A stretch of 64,000 bases of DNA from Mobula hypostoma (taxonomy: Eukaryota), in contig NC_086109.1 of assembly GCF_963921235.1 (NCBI RefSeq), forward strand, positions 14,572,001-14,636,000, read 5' to 3'. The translations under genes were made by a program, and so were the position numbers. This document shows positions 1 to 12,325 of this stretch, piece after piece. The notes under the pieces are model-generated. The model made no database searches. It was not told the DNA's origin and was given only the letters and a program-made list of their open reading frames with translations. Positions within the stretch are counted from its first letter, which is position 1. Every line of letters begins with the position of its first letter.

Positions 1-760
1 GTGGTCTCACAACAACAACCTTGCACTCAATGTCAGTAAGACTAAAGAACTGATCGTGGGCTTCAGGAAGGGGAAGTCAAGGGAAGGCATGTCAGTTCTC
101 AGTGAGGGATCAGCATTGGAAAAGGATAGTACTTTCAAGTTGCTGGATGTCAACATCTTTGAAGGTCTATCCACTGCAGTTACAATGAAGACAAGTTAGT
201 AGCTTTATTTCATTAGAAGTCTGAAGGGATTTTGTATGTCACCAAAGGCTCCAGCAAATTTCTGCTGACGTACCATGGAGAGTAATCCGTCTGGTTGCAC
301 AACCATCTGGTATTGAGGGGCCACCACACAGGATGAGAAAAAGCCGCAGAGGGTTGCGAACTCAACCAACTCCTTCATGTGCCTTACCAGCATCTTCAAA
401 AGGTGATGCCTCACAAAGGTGGCATCCCTCACTGAAGACTCCCATCATCACGGACATGCCCTCTTCTCAATGCTACCATCAAGGAGGTGGTATAGGAGCC
501 TGAAGACACACACTCAATGTTTTAGGAACAGCATCTTCCCCTCTGTCATAAGATTTCTGAATGGACAATGAACCAACCTATGAACTCTACCTCACTAATT
601 TTTGCTCTCTTTTTGCACTGCCCAATTAATTTACATTTTTTAATTTAAATTTCTTTTTTTTTGAAATTTATAGTATTTTTTTGTTTTGCACTATACTCTT
701 GCCACAAAACAACGAAGTTGACGCATATATCAGTGATATAAACCTGAGTCGATTCTGATA
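1..760 (+). mobile_element. Rex1/Babar-like LINE, 3' fragment (RT C-terminus plus 3' UTR), degenerate
   Basis: 5' end translates to ...NNNLALNVSKTKELIVGFRK. Ends with the 'aaacctga...ttctga' tail seen in other copies in the window. Contains stops and frameshifts. Confidence 0.75.
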
Positions 761-1439
761 TCCACATGCTGATCTAACAGCCTTTTAAATACTTCTATCA
801 TAACTGCTTCCACCAGCACCCTGGTAGTGCATGTCGTCCTGCACATCTCCACTGACCCTCCTCACCACCCCATCTTAAATTCATACATTCTAGTATTAAA
901 TATTTTGCCCTGGGAAAAAATGATACTGGTGTCAACCAAGCCGATGGAAAAAGAGTTGCTAAAGGTTAGTGAGTTACTGGCCTTCATCACCAGAGGGTGA
1001 AATCCAAATGTGTCGAAATGGCATTTCAATTGCAGAAAGCCCTGCTCCTCATGACGAAGTGATCCACCCCTCACCCCCGTCTCCACCCCACGTGCCATCC
1101 CATGGAAGGATGGGTGTTCAAATGGGTGAAGTGCAGATTCACGTGGATATACTGGTGTTTAAGAGTTAAATTGGGCTGATCAGTTGCATGAATGTGGTTG
1201 GTAGGTGCCTGAAGATAATAGGAATGATGGCCAAAAGACTTAGGATATGGGAATGAAGGGCTGGATCTCAGGACTTTGAAAGGTGGGGGGAGGGTAGGGA
1301 GGATGCAGTATTCATACCCGGTATGGCCTCACACAATGGAGCAGGGTACATGAATGGTGTCTGAGGACCTGGTGGAGGATACAGAAGGGGGACAAAGGTC
1401 CCTAGAAGAAGGAAACATGCTGCAAAAGCGGTTCCACAA

Positions 1440-2520
1440 GCACAGGTCCACCAGCATTCAAGGCCCTAAAAAGTCCTTCCAGGTGAGGCGGCACTTCAGC
1501 TGTGAGCCTGTTGAGGTCAACTACTGTATTTGGTATAGACTCCTCTTGACTGGGGATTGCCTTCATTGAGCACCACTGCTCTGTCCGCCTCAACAAGAAG
1601 GATCTCCTGGTTGCCACCCATTTCAATTCCACTTCCCATTCCCACACTGACATATCTGTCCATGGTTTTCTCTATTGCCAAAATGAGGTCACACTCAGAT
1701 TAGAGGATTAACACCTGAATAAACACCCGAAAGGAAGGGGGATGATGCTAGAATAAGAAGGCAGGGGGGTGTGGAAGGAGAACAAGCTGGAAGGTGATAG
1801 GTGAAGCCAGGTGGGAGGGTCAGAGGGGAAAGAAGTAAGAAGCTGGGTGGTGAGAGGTAGAAAAGATACAGGGGCTGGAGAATAAAGAATCTGATAGGAG
1901 AAGAAAGTGGGCCATGGGAGAAAGGGAAAGAGGAGGGCCACCAGGGGCAGGTGATAGGCATATGAGGAGAAAAGGTAACAGGCCAGAATGGGGAACTGAA
2001 GAAGAGGAAACAAGGGAAGAAGGAGGGGGAAATAATTACTGGAAGTTGGAGAAACTGATGTTCAATGGTAGCCTCCTACTTGACGACATGAACATCGATT
2101 TCTCTAACTTAGGGTAACTCCTCTCTGCTACACACCTACCCACAACCATTTTTGCTTCCCCCCATTCTGGTCAACATCTCACCCTTTCTCTTCCCCTCCC
2201 CTGCCCTCCTGACCTGCCTACCACCTCCTCTCCTTGCTCCCATGGTCTATCAGATTCCCTCTTCTCCCCTTTACCTGGTCATCCCATTCAGCTCCAGCAT
2301 CTCGCATCATTCACCCTCTGTTACCCACCCACCTTCCCCCTCACCTATCACCTGCCAGCCTGTACTCCTCCCCTCTTCCTGCCGTCCTATTCTGGATTCT
2401 GTCCCCTTCCTTTCCAGTCCTGATGAACAGCCCCAGCCTAAAATGTCGACCGTTTATTTTCCTCCATGAGATGCTGCCTAGCCTGCTGAGTTCCTCCAGC
2501 ATTTTGCCTGTTGCTATTCC
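1440..2520. mobile_element. Degenerate Penelope-like element: GIY-YIG fragment (+), inverted pLTR part (-, ~1730-2065), pLTR (+, ~2066-2520) with decayed hammerhead at 2415-2452
   Basis: QGPKKSFQVRRHFSCE..VNYCIW matches the 38055-39207 ORF. Orientation switches at ~2065. CTGATGA at 2420-2426. Confidence 0.75.
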
Positions 2521-2559
2521 CCACTAATATTCCCTCTAATCTACATCCCCATCAACGTC

Positions 2560-2815
2560 TCCCGCTGCTGCCTTTAAGGTGTTTGCATGTTCTCCCCAGG
2601 ACTGTGTTGGTTTCCTCTGGGTGCTCTAGGTTCTCCCACATTCCAAAGACATACTGGTTAGGGTTAGTAAGTTGAGGACATACTACGTTGGGGACTTGAA
2701 GCGTGGTGACACTTGTGGTCTATCCACAGCACAATCTGCGCTGATTTGATGTGACAAATTGACGCATTGTATTGTATTTTTCGATGCACGTGACAAATAC
2801 AGCTAATCTTTTTCC
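2560..2815 (+). mobile_element. HE1-like tRNA-derived SINE fragment (V-SINE type)
   Basis: Body 'tttgcatgttctccc...gggtttcctctgggtgctc..ggtt.ctcccacattccaaagac' is shared with many copies in the window. Confidence 0.65.
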
Positions 2816-3199
2816 TTTTTTTAAGAATTTCTCCCAGATTCTAACACCAGGATAATTTATAATCTGCACCTTTTGGGGATGTAAGAGAGAACTGGAGCAC
2901 CAGAGATCACAGGGAGAACGTGCACGCTGAGGGCAGAATAATCCTCAGCATTTTGTGCACGGTACTCTGGATTTCCAGCATCTGCAGAATCTCCTGCGGT
3001 CAGAGTAAAAGCCGGGTCACTGGCACCTTGCGGCGGCTGGTCTATCAGCTGCACCAACATGCCACAATCCCAAGCCTTTCCAAAGATGACAATCCCAAGG
3101 CAGAACTAAGCGGTTATGCCCTAGAGAGCTGAATGCAGGCTTATCAGTGCTCTGTAGCTGGCCAGCACAACGGCTGTTACACTACCTGCTCTCAACAAC

Positions 3200-3410
3200 C
3201 AGGAGAAGGTTAATCATTACTGTGCAAGCGATCAAAGTTCACAGGCTTGGTTACAAAATACCAGGGACAAAAAGGGGTGGACTATATCACGTAATTTTTG
3301 AGCATACATTGCCAAGGCTGCAGGGGAATAAACACAAGCCCTGCTGATTGGAAGAATTAAATTCAAATTAGTAATCATCAGTACATAATTTGGCCAATCA
3401 GAGATTCCAG
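3200..3410. promoter_or_regulatory. Candidate HNF1/HNF4/NF-Y motif cluster (liver/gut/kidney-type enhancer or promoter)
   Basis: GGTTAATCATTAC at 3208-3220 (HNF1-like), GCGATCAAAGTTCA at 3228-3241 (HNF4 DR1-like), TGCCAA, and two CCAAT boxes (ctgattgg, ggccaatca), all in non-repeat DNA. Confidence 0.4.
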
Positions 3411-3779
3411 ATGAATGCACATTTCAAAGTTAATCTATCCAATGAACTATTTGGGTTTTGCTTAGCCTGACCTGCCAATAGGATGCACACAAACATGCAC
3501 AATGTTCAGTGACTTTCAGGGCCCAGTTGGTGAGGTAAGTGGAAAATACTTAGCTGAAAGATGAGGAAATTAATATTTGAATGGATAAGCGCTGACACAG
3601 CATGCTTAAGGCAATCTAGCTTCCCAACATAACACACCCAGCAGAATCAACTTCTTGTGACGATTGAAACAAGCAAACTGGAGAAGTGAAAGCAGAGGAA
3701 GCTTGTGCCTGGTGACAACGAATGACTGTTAGCACAGGAAAATGGATGACTCTTATTTTGAGGAAATTGAAAATAAGAT

Positions 3780-4330
3780 CATAAGACATAGGAGCAGAAT
3801 TAGGCCAATCAGCGCATTGAATCTACTCCGCCATTCCATCGTGGCTGATTTATTATCTTTCTCAAACCCACACCCCTCCCATCTCCCCATAACTTTTGAT
3901 GCTCTTACTATTCAAGAACCTATCACACTCCATTTTAAAAAGAGCCAATGATTTGATCTCTACAGCAGTCTGTGGCAATTACTTCCACAGATTCACCACC
4001 CTCTGGCTCAAGAAAAATTCCTCCTCGTCCCTGTTCTGAAGGAACATCCTTGTATTCTGAGGCAGTGCCCTCTGGTCCCAGACTCTTCCACTACTGGAAA
4101 CATCCTCTCCACATCCACTGTACCTAGGTCTTTCAATATTCAAAAGGTTTCAATGAAATGCCCCCTCTTTCTTTTAAACTCAAGCGAGTACAAGTCTAGA
4201 GCCATCTAACTCTCTTCATACATTAACTCTTTTATTCCCAGGATCATTCTCTTGAACCTCTCTGGACCCCCTTCAATGCCAACACATCCCTTCTTAGATA
4301 AAGAGCCCCAAACTACTCACGACATTCCAA
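3780..4330 (-). mobile_element. CR1/HER1-like LINE 3' fragment
   Basis: Reverse complement ends '...aattctgctcctatgtcttat'. Body encodes the 'FFSQRVVNLW'-type CR1 RT C-terminus. Confidence 0.75.
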
Positions 4331-4519
4331 AACTACTGAAACTTTCAGTCTAACTTCCCACCGCACCTTGCCCTCATGCCAGCACACCACCACAAGAAGA
4401 CAGAGAAGAAAGGGTTGGCAAGGGGGAACCTCAGTGGGGCCAAGAATACGGGTTGATGGAAGACACCAGTATCCAGTTGAATCATATGCTGAATCAAACT
4501 CCAGCACAGAAGAAGGGGC

Positions 4520-4755
4520 GGAAGACGAGCGTAGTGGTTAGTGCATGAATATCGCAGCGCCAGCGGCCCAGGTTCAATTCCGCCACTGTCTGTGAGGAAT
4601 TTGTACATTCTCCCTGTGACCAAGTGTGTCTCCTCCCACATTCCAAAGACGTAAAGGTTGGTAGGTCAACCGGTCACATGAGTGCAATTGAGTGGCGCAG
4701 GCTTGTTGGGCCGGAAGGGCCTGTTACCATGGTATGTCTCTACATAAATAAAATA
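4520..4755 (+). mobile_element. HE1-like SINE
   Basis: A-box-like 'agcgtagtggttagtgc', B-box 'ggttcaattcc', V-type body, (TAAA)n tail. Confidence 0.75.
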
Positions 4756-5177
4756 CTACTTTATTGAAATGTACATGAAAGAAGGAATGCAGACAGCCAG
4801 CCTTGGAGTTTCCCTCATTCATGTCTTAATGCTCATAACCCATTTCAACTTCGATATTTTCAATTGGTACCTGCCATAACAGTTCTCTGCTAGAGTGGTG
4901 GGGGGAGGGGGGAGAAGGGAATGGGATATCCAATCATCAAATCAGAAACAGGCCTTTCAGCCCAACTGATCCATCCTGCCCAAAATTCCCATCTAAACTA
5001 GTCCCATTTTTCCCACATCAGTCCAAATACCTTCTAAATGTTAATATACTGTACAGTACATGCCTCAACCACTTCCTCGGGCAGCTCATTCCATATACTG
5101 ACCGCTCTCTGGGAAAAGAAAAGTTTCCCCTCAGGTTCCTATTAAAATCTCTCCCCTCACACCTTAAACCTGTGCCC

Positions 5178-5393
5178 CACACATCAAAGTTGTTGGTGAA
5201 CGCAGCAGGCCAGGCGGCATCTCTAGGAAGAGGTACAGTCGACGTTTCGGGCTGAGACCCTTCGTCAGGACTAACTGAAGGAAGAGCTGGTAAGAGATTT
5301 GGAAGTGAGAGGGGGAGGGGGAGAGCCAAAATGATAGGAGAAGATGGGAGGGGGAGGGATGGAGCCAAGAGCTGGACAGGTGTTTGGCCACAA
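5178..5393 (-). mobile_element. Young PLE pLTR-only insertion (216 bp) with 14-bp TSD
   Basis: Near-identical to part of the pLTR at 37624-38054. Flanked by ttaaacctgtgccc at 5164-5177 and 5394-5407. Confidence 0.85.
5236..5273 (-). ncRNA. Minimal type-I hammerhead ribozyme motif (intact core)
   Basis: Reverse complement: tagtc CTGACGA A GGG TCTCAG CCC GAAACGTC gactg. Confidence 0.75.
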
Positions 5394-5789
5394 TTAAACC
5401 TGTGCCCTCTAGTTCTCGATTCACCCAACCTTGCAAAAATGACAGTGTGCATTCACCTCATCTTTGCCCGATTGTTTTATGCATCTTTATAAGAATAACC
5501 ACATTCTCATACGGCCCAATGTAAAAAATCCCAAGCTGCTCAACCTCCCTGCATAACTCAGTCCCTTGAGTCCCAGCAACATCCTTACAAATATCCCCTG
5601 CACTCTTTCCAGCTTGATGACACAAGTTCTGTAACAGCATCCAATGGGATGGAGGGAGGAAGCTGGATGACGTTTGGCTGGGGCATGGGTGCAATGGGTG
5701 AGGTCTTGAGTCTTGTGGAGGTGGGGAAGTGGGTGGCTGTTGTAAAACTGTGGTAAGGAGGTGGGTGAATGCTGTGGCAGTGGCGGGAG

Positions 5790-6705
5790 GACAGGGTGGG
5801 TTTAGGGTGTGGGGTAGGGGAGTGAGTATTGTGTGGAGGGAGGAGGGTGGGGGAGTGAGTGATGGGTGGAAGGAGGAGGGGTGAGGGAGTGAGTGTTGTG
5901 GAGTGTTGGGTTTAGGGTGTGGGGTGGGGGAGTGAGTATTGTGTGGAAGGAGGAGGGTGGGGGAAGTGAGTGTTGGGTGGAGGGGGAGTGAGTATTGTGT
6001 GGAAGGAGGAGGGGTGAGGGAGTGAGTGTTGTGGAGTGTTGGGTTTAGGGAGGGTGGGGGAGTGAGTGTTGGGTGGAGGGAGGAGGGGGTGGGGGAATGA
6101 GGGTTGTATGGAGGGAGGAGGGGGTGGGGGAATGAGGGTTGGGTGGAGGGAGGAGGGGGGAGTGAGTGTTGTGTGTAGAGAAGAGAGGTAGGGAGTATTG
6201 TGTGGAGGGAGGAGGGATGAGGGAGTGAGTGTTATGTGGTGTTGGGTTTAGGGAGGGTGGGGGACTGAGTGTTGGGTGGAGGGAGGAGGGGTGAGGGAGT
6301 GAGTATTGGGTGGGTTTAGGAAGGGTGGAGGGAGGCGGGGTGGGGGAATGAGGGTTGTGGGGTGTTGGGTGGAGGGAGGAGGGGTGGGGGAGTGAGTGTT
6401 GTGGGGTGTTGTGTTTAGGGAGGAGGGGTGGGGGAGTGAAGGTTGTGGGGTGTTGAGTTGAGGGAGGGTGGAGGGAGGAGGGGTGAGGGTGTGAGTGTTG
6501 TGGGGTGTTGAGTTTAGGGAGGGTGGAGGGAGGAGGGGTGGGGGAGTGAGTGTTGTGGGGTGTTGTGTTTAGGGAGAAGGGGTGGGGGAGTGAAGGTTGT
6601 GGGGTGCTGGGTTTAGGGAGGGTGGGGGAGTGAGTGTTGGGTGGAGGGAGGAAGGGGTGGGGGGAATGAGTTTTGAGGGGTGTTGGGTTTAGGGAGGGGG
6701 TGAAG
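5790..6705. repeat. G-rich degenerate minisatellite (ggggagtgagtgttgtgggg / gggtttagggagg / ggagggaggagg modules)
   Basis: About 900 bp, almost devoid of C on the + strand, built from shuffled short modules. Confidence 0.9.
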
Positions 6706-7039
6706 ATTTGGTTGTTTTGTGTCAGAGAGCATGGTAACGTTGCAGTTAAAACGATCACAGCATAGCAAACCGGTTTCAGTTCCACTCCTGTCATAAGGAG
6801 TTTGTACATTCCACCCATGACCATGTGGAGTTCCAGGGTGCTGCAATGGGAGCTCTTCTCAAGGGAATACACACCTTATCTACATCTAACCCTTTCAACA
6901 CCTTCCCCAACAGAAATCCAGTCGACCTGTCAATAGCCTCCCCATCCTTTCTAAAGCACAGCAATGCTGGAAGTGTTCACTCTCTCAGAACAACCCACAC
7001 CCACTGTTCCAAAGTCAAAGTCAAGTTTATGGTCAGACC

Positions 7040-7610
7040 ATGAGACATAGAAGATTTGGGCCATTTGGTCCATCGAGTCTGCTCCACCATTCCATCATGA
7101 CTGATTTATTTTCCCTCTCAACTCCATTCTCCTGCCTTTCAAATCAAGACCCTATCAACCTCCCCTTTAACTATACCCAGTGACTTGACCTCCACAGCCA
7201 TCTGTGACAATGAATTCCACAGATTCACAACCCCCTGGCTAAAGAAATTCCTCTTCCTCTCTGTTCTAAAGGGAACATTCCTCTGTTCTGAGGCTCTGCC
7301 ACTAATCCTAGGCTCTCTCACTATTGGAAACATTCTCTCCACATCCACTCTATCTAGGCCTTTCAATACTTAATAGATACCAATCAGATCCCACTCCCCA
7401 CCCCACCCCCATTCTTTTAAACTTTAGCCAGTGCAGGCCCTGAGCCATTAAATGCTCCTCCGACCTTAACCCTTTCATTCCCGGGATCCTTCTCATAAAC
7501 CTCCTCTGGGCCTTCTCAAATGCCAACACACATCTTCATTGGGCATAGAACCAAAATCCGCTCGCAATATCGCGAATGTGGTCTGACCTATGCTCTACAA
7601 AGTCTCGACA
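7040..7610 (-). mobile_element. CR1/HER1-like LINE 3' fragment
   Basis: ORF 7139-7366: MKGLDRVDVERMFP...RKRNFFSQGVVNLWNSL. Confidence 0.8.
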
Positions 7611-8274
7611 TGACAGATGCACAATTACAAGTGCGGACAGGCACAGTGAGAAACTGACTTGCAGCAGTATCACAGGCATAGAGCATCAGATAAACTGCCT
7701 TCACAAGAAGCTGCTGCTTCCTGGCTAATCCATTAGTACAGGCATGGGTCCCAGAATTCGAGAGTTCACCAGGGCTCAATGTACTGGAACTAATATTTAT
7801 TTTAGATTTGAACCCTTCTCTGCCATCTTTGAAGGCTAACTCTGTGTGGAATCTGATGCGTACAGCAAATTCACCCCAAAGAATAAAAAGGACACTATTT
7901 ATTTAGTGATCCACATAGAACAGGCCTTTTTGGCCTAACGAGAGCCGCACTGCCAGTGACCCACCTATTTAACACTAGACTCATCATTAGACAATTTGCA
8001 GGGACCATTTAACCTCCTAGACCGTACATCTTTGGAGTGTGGGAGGAAACTGGAAACCCACATGATCAAGGGGAGAGCAGACATATTCCTTACAGACGGC
8101 ACCAAACGCCGGAGCTGTAATAATGTCACACTAACTGCTACGCTACTGTGAAGCATACCATTAACTGCAGCCAATCTGAACTGAGAAAACAGCCTTTAAA
8201 AAAGGTGGGTGTCACTACATTGAATTATTGACACCATGGGTGGTGTCAATAAGTCAACTGTATTGATACAGCAG

Positions 8275-8535
8275 GTGGCACAGTGAGTTTAGTGGTTAGC
8301 ACAGCGTTTTACAATACCAGCAACCCAGGTTCAATTCCCGCCACTGCCTGTAAGGTGTTTGTACGTTCTCCCCGTGACTGTGTGGGTTTCCTCTGGGTGC
8401 TCCAGTTTCCTTCCACAGTCCAAAGACATACCAGTTGGTAGGTTAGTTGGCCATTGTAAATTGTCCCCTGAATAGGCAGGGTTAAATTGGGGTGGCTGGG
8501 CGAGACAGATGTATCTCAATAAATACAAAGTAAAT
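8275..8535 (+). mobile_element. HE1-like SINE, near full length
   Basis: 'ggcacagtgagtttagtggttagc' A box, 'ggttcaattccc' B box, V-type body, A-rich tail. Confidence 0.8.
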
Positions 8536-9046
8536 AAAAATATTGATCAAAACGAGAGATTTAGCATTCCTCTCACTGCACTATTGGGACTGACGCAATC
8601 GTGAAGACTGTGCCTCAAGGAACAGTGTTCTTTAAACAGGATGACTTAGTGGCTGGTTGGGAACGTGTAGGGTGAGAGAAATTGGCTATTCAAGTTCACT
8701 GGGCTCATCTGACTTCATTAGAACACAGTAAAGCTGTTCCTTCCACCCATTAATACTTGTTGTACTTTGACAACCTTCCGTAAGAAAACTGTAGCAATCT
8801 CCCTTAAAACAGGATCCACAGACTGAAAGGGAGAGTTGTTACTAAAATTTAGAAAACTTTCCACCTTACTGAGTACCTGCACTGCATTTGCACTGTGACA
8901 CTCCATTCCGTGCTCTGTTATTGTTTTACCTCGTACTACCTTAATGCACTGTTATAAAAGTCTGAACTGTATGGACAGTATGCAGGACAAGTTTTTCACT
9001 GTACCTTGGTAGATAAAACAATAATAAGCCAATTTACCAATTTAGA

Positions 9047-9122
9047 GGATCTCAGCAGGTCCTCCAGCATTCTGTGTGTGTGTTGCTCTGGATTTCTCAG
9101 CATCTGCAGAATCGAAATTGTG
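9047..9122 (+). mobile_element. PLE 3'-tail fragment with 14-bp direct flanks
   Basis: tttaccaatttaga at 9033-9046 and 9123-9136 flank the 'cctccagcattctgtgtgtg...cagcatctgcaga' tail. Confidence 0.65.
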
Positions 9123-9768
9123 TTTACCAATTTAGAACTGTGGCCCAAAACTCAATCTGCACAAGGGCTAGGGAAAAAAAACACAAAACAAAAAAAAATC
9201 TCGCAGACAAAAAAATTGCACCAACTAATTTTGTATGCATTTCTAGAGGAGTTTACAGCAGTCATTAATAGTGCACCTCTTCCCTTGTCCAAGCCTTACG
9301 TGTAAGCTAACGTTACCTCATTGTGGTCTAATGTTCAAATTATGTCAACAGTGTTGCAAGGACCAGAATTCGTCTCTGCCAACGTTATCACCTGCAGTTG
9401 CCTGAGTCATAACTGGCTACAAAGACAGGAACCAGGATTTAACAGCTCAAACTGGACCTCAAATGTTAAAAGTGTTCACTTGGTGGATTACGCAAGTGAT
9501 GAGGAATGGCAGCGTGCTTGTACTTGCAGAATTATGGCCCCGGAACAACATCTCATGCACCATCAATCTCCAGGCCATGCCACTCAGGAACTGGGGCTAA
9601 TATTTTTTTTGCGACCAGATGATTTTCTGCTCTCCTAACTATACTTTTTACATGTGTTATATGCTGCGTGGGGCTGCGTTTTGGCCCCACAGGAACACAG
9701 TTTTGTTTTGGCTGTGTGCATGAGTATGGTTGAATGACAATTAAACTTGAACTGCTGGGACATCTCAC

Positions 9769-9900
9769 CTGAAGTTACAGCTAGCGCGCTGCACAACTCT
9801 TCAATTAGACCGGCCCAGAGTAAACATTCGGTCCCCATCTCCAGGTCATCACAGCAGGACCTCCCTCCTCTTGAAACCAAGAGGGCAGAAGTCATGGAGT
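9769..9900 (-). other. Candidate alternative first exon of the minus-strand host gene
   Basis: Unique sequence ending CAG|GTGAGA (donor 9763-9768). An ATG at 9895 is open to the donor. No homology recognised. Confidence 0.25.
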
Positions 9901-10304
9901 GGGGGGGGGGGTGGGTGTAAAAAGAAGGATCCCACCAGAAAAGGGAAATCTATCTGACGGAAGAGGAAACGTTCAAAACCTCTGACTTCAGGAAGGAATA
10001 TTTATTGGGTCACACATAATACATGCAGCTAGCGAGAGAAGAGTAGCCTAGTTCTACCATGAGGGATGTAGAGGGGCCTGAGCATGGTGTGCATGTCGAA
10101 TCTTCCTTGTGTAGGCAAGTGTTTCTGAGGGTGAGATTGCCTTCTCTATGCACTTGGGGGACCTGCATTACCTCCTGATGCTCTGGTTGTGGTGTGATTG
10201 CAAATGCCTGATTGACCCTAAAGATGAAACGATTTGACAGGTGAGCTCCATGCAACAGAGAGAAGAAAAGCATCACATGTAGCCTCCCTCAGCAGAGGAT
10301 CCTA

Positions 10305-11155
10305 AGTACAAGTGATTCTGCAGATGCTGGAAATCTTGGGCAACACAGGCAAAATGCTGGAGGAACTCAGCAGGTCAGGCAGCATCTGTGGAGAAGAATC
10401 AAGAGTTGATGTTTCCGACCGGGACCGCTCATCAGGACTGTGAAGGAAGCGGCAAGAAGGCAAAATAAAAAGGTGGTGGGAGGGGAAGGAATACCAGCTG
10501 GAGGGTGGTAGGTGAGCCAGATGAAGGAGAAGGTCCGTGGGTTGGGGAGAAGGTAGGCGGGTGGGGGAGGGGGCTGAAGTGAGGAGCATAGAGATGAAAG
10601 GTGGAAAAGGTAAAGAGCTGAAGAAATCGGAATCTGATACAAGAGAAGAATGGACCAAAGGACAGAGGGAAGGAGGAAGGGCACTGGGGGGGGGGGGGAG
10701 GGAGGTGGTGATGTGCAGGTGAGGAGAAGAGAAGGGCCAAGAGGGGAGCTAGAATGGGGGATGAAAAAGGAGAGACGTGGGGCAGGAGGAGAAATTATCA
10801 CATGTTGGAGAAATTAATGATCATGCCGTCAGGTTGGAAGCTATGAGGTGTTGCTCCTCCAACCTTAGAGTGTCCTCGGCACGTCAGTAGAGGAGGCCAT
10901 GGACCGGCATGTTGGAATCGGAATGGAGAGTGGAATTCGAACGGTTGACCGCTGAGAAATCCTCCCTGTTGTGCATGGAGCAAAGGTGTTTGACAAAGCG
11001 GTGCCCCAATCTCTCAAAGTAGAGGAGGCTCCACTGGGAGCACCAGTTATAGTAGATGACCCTGAGAGACTTGCAGGTGAAGTGTTGCCTCATCTGGAAG
11101 GACTGTTTGGTGCCCTGAATGCTGGTGAGGAAGGAGGTGAATGGGCAGCTGTGGC
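10305..11155 (-). mobile_element. 5'-truncated PLE (GIY-YIG region plus pLTR) with hammerhead motif at 10403-10440
   Basis: ORF 10884-11093 RQHFTCKSLRVIYY...LLYF is a GIY-YIG remnant. Reverse complement cagtc CTGATGA GCGGTCCCGGTCG GAAACATC. Confidence 0.8.
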
Positions 11156-11969
11156 TCCTGAGGCAAGGTTGCCAAAGGTGACGGTGACCCTGACTTCAGC
11201 TTTGACAGCAATTCAGACATTTGATGGAGTACTCCTCAAAGGTCAAACAAACACTAGTGTCTGTCATCAATCTCAGGAATAGCTGAGAAAGTTTAGTAAC
11301 GATTCTCCCGTCTTTCTGGCTGCGGATCCTGTGGAGCAGTTTGTGCTTCAAGGGAGATTGCTGAGGTGTTTGTGATGTGAGGTTGTCAAAGCACAAACAA
11401 TGTATAAATCAGATTCAGATTAATTTACTTATCACATATACATTGTGTTTAACAGTGATTTTTGTTTTCTCTCTCCTGAACTGGTGGCAGTGAAGCCTGG
11501 AAATTTCTCCTCAGTTCTTGAGGGTTCCAGAAGAACCCTGGTGAATCTGCAGTCTTGTTAGTACACAAGACAAGGAGAGGAGGCAAAGATGCGTCTACCA
11601 CAGATGAACAGGCAGGACACCGTAAAAGGCACTATCGATTGTACGGGATCAAAAGATGAGGATGTGAGGCAGTAGAAGGGTGTGAGGATAAAGGGTGAGG
11701 AAATAAACACTGTGAAAGATATTCATGTTGTTTGTTGCATTTTGTTGTTTGATTGTTTGTGGTTTTTATATTGCTGTATTTATGCTCTATTCTTGGTTGG
11801 TGCGGCTGTAACGAAACCCAATTTCCTTCGGGATCAATAAAGTATATCTATCTATCTATCTATATTGTATCTCTGACCACGGAACGAGAGCCAATTCTCA
11901 TTTCAGCAGACATTGATCACTGGCTTTGGTCGCAGACCAGTTACTTCCCGTTTGGGATCAGAGTCATGT

Positions 11970-12325
11970 TCACCTTCAAAAGGCGATGCCTCACAAAGGC
12001 GACATCCATCATTAAGGTCCCCCATCACCCAGGACATCCCTCCTTCTCATTACTACTATCAAAGAGGAGGTACAGGAGCCTGAAGGCACACACTCAACAT
12101 TTCAAGAACAGCTTCTTCCCCTCTGCCATCCGATTTCCAAATGGATATTGAACCCATGAACACTACCTCACTGCCTTTTTCCTTTTTGCACGACTTATTT
12201 ACTTATTTTTACATATCCTTATTATTGTAATTTATAGTTCTTTTTCTGTTATGTATTGCAAATGTACTGCTACCTCAAATTTCATGACATATGCTAGTTA
12301 TATTAAACCTGATTCTAATTCTGAT
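11970..12325 (+). mobile_element. Rex1/Babar-like LINE 3' end
   Basis: RRCLTKATSIIKVPHHPGHPSFSLLLSKRRYRSLKAHTQHFKNSFFPSAIR plus 'aaacctgattctaattctga' tail. Confidence 0.75.

Larger units (their letters stand above)
4945..5640 (-). mobile_element. CR1-like LINE 3' fragment interrupted by a PLE pLTR
   Basis: CR1 C-terminal motifs (ESRTRGHRF...NLRGNF), split at 5177/5394 by the insertion. Confidence 0.7.

Noticed and set aside
5790..6705. Interstitial telomere
   Set aside because: TTAGGG-containing units are dispersed singly, never in tandem.
6045..6872. 275-aa Pro/His/Ser/Thr-rich ORF (extensin- or mucin-like)
   Set aside because: Translation of the C-rich strand of a minisatellite, starting in a SINE remnant.
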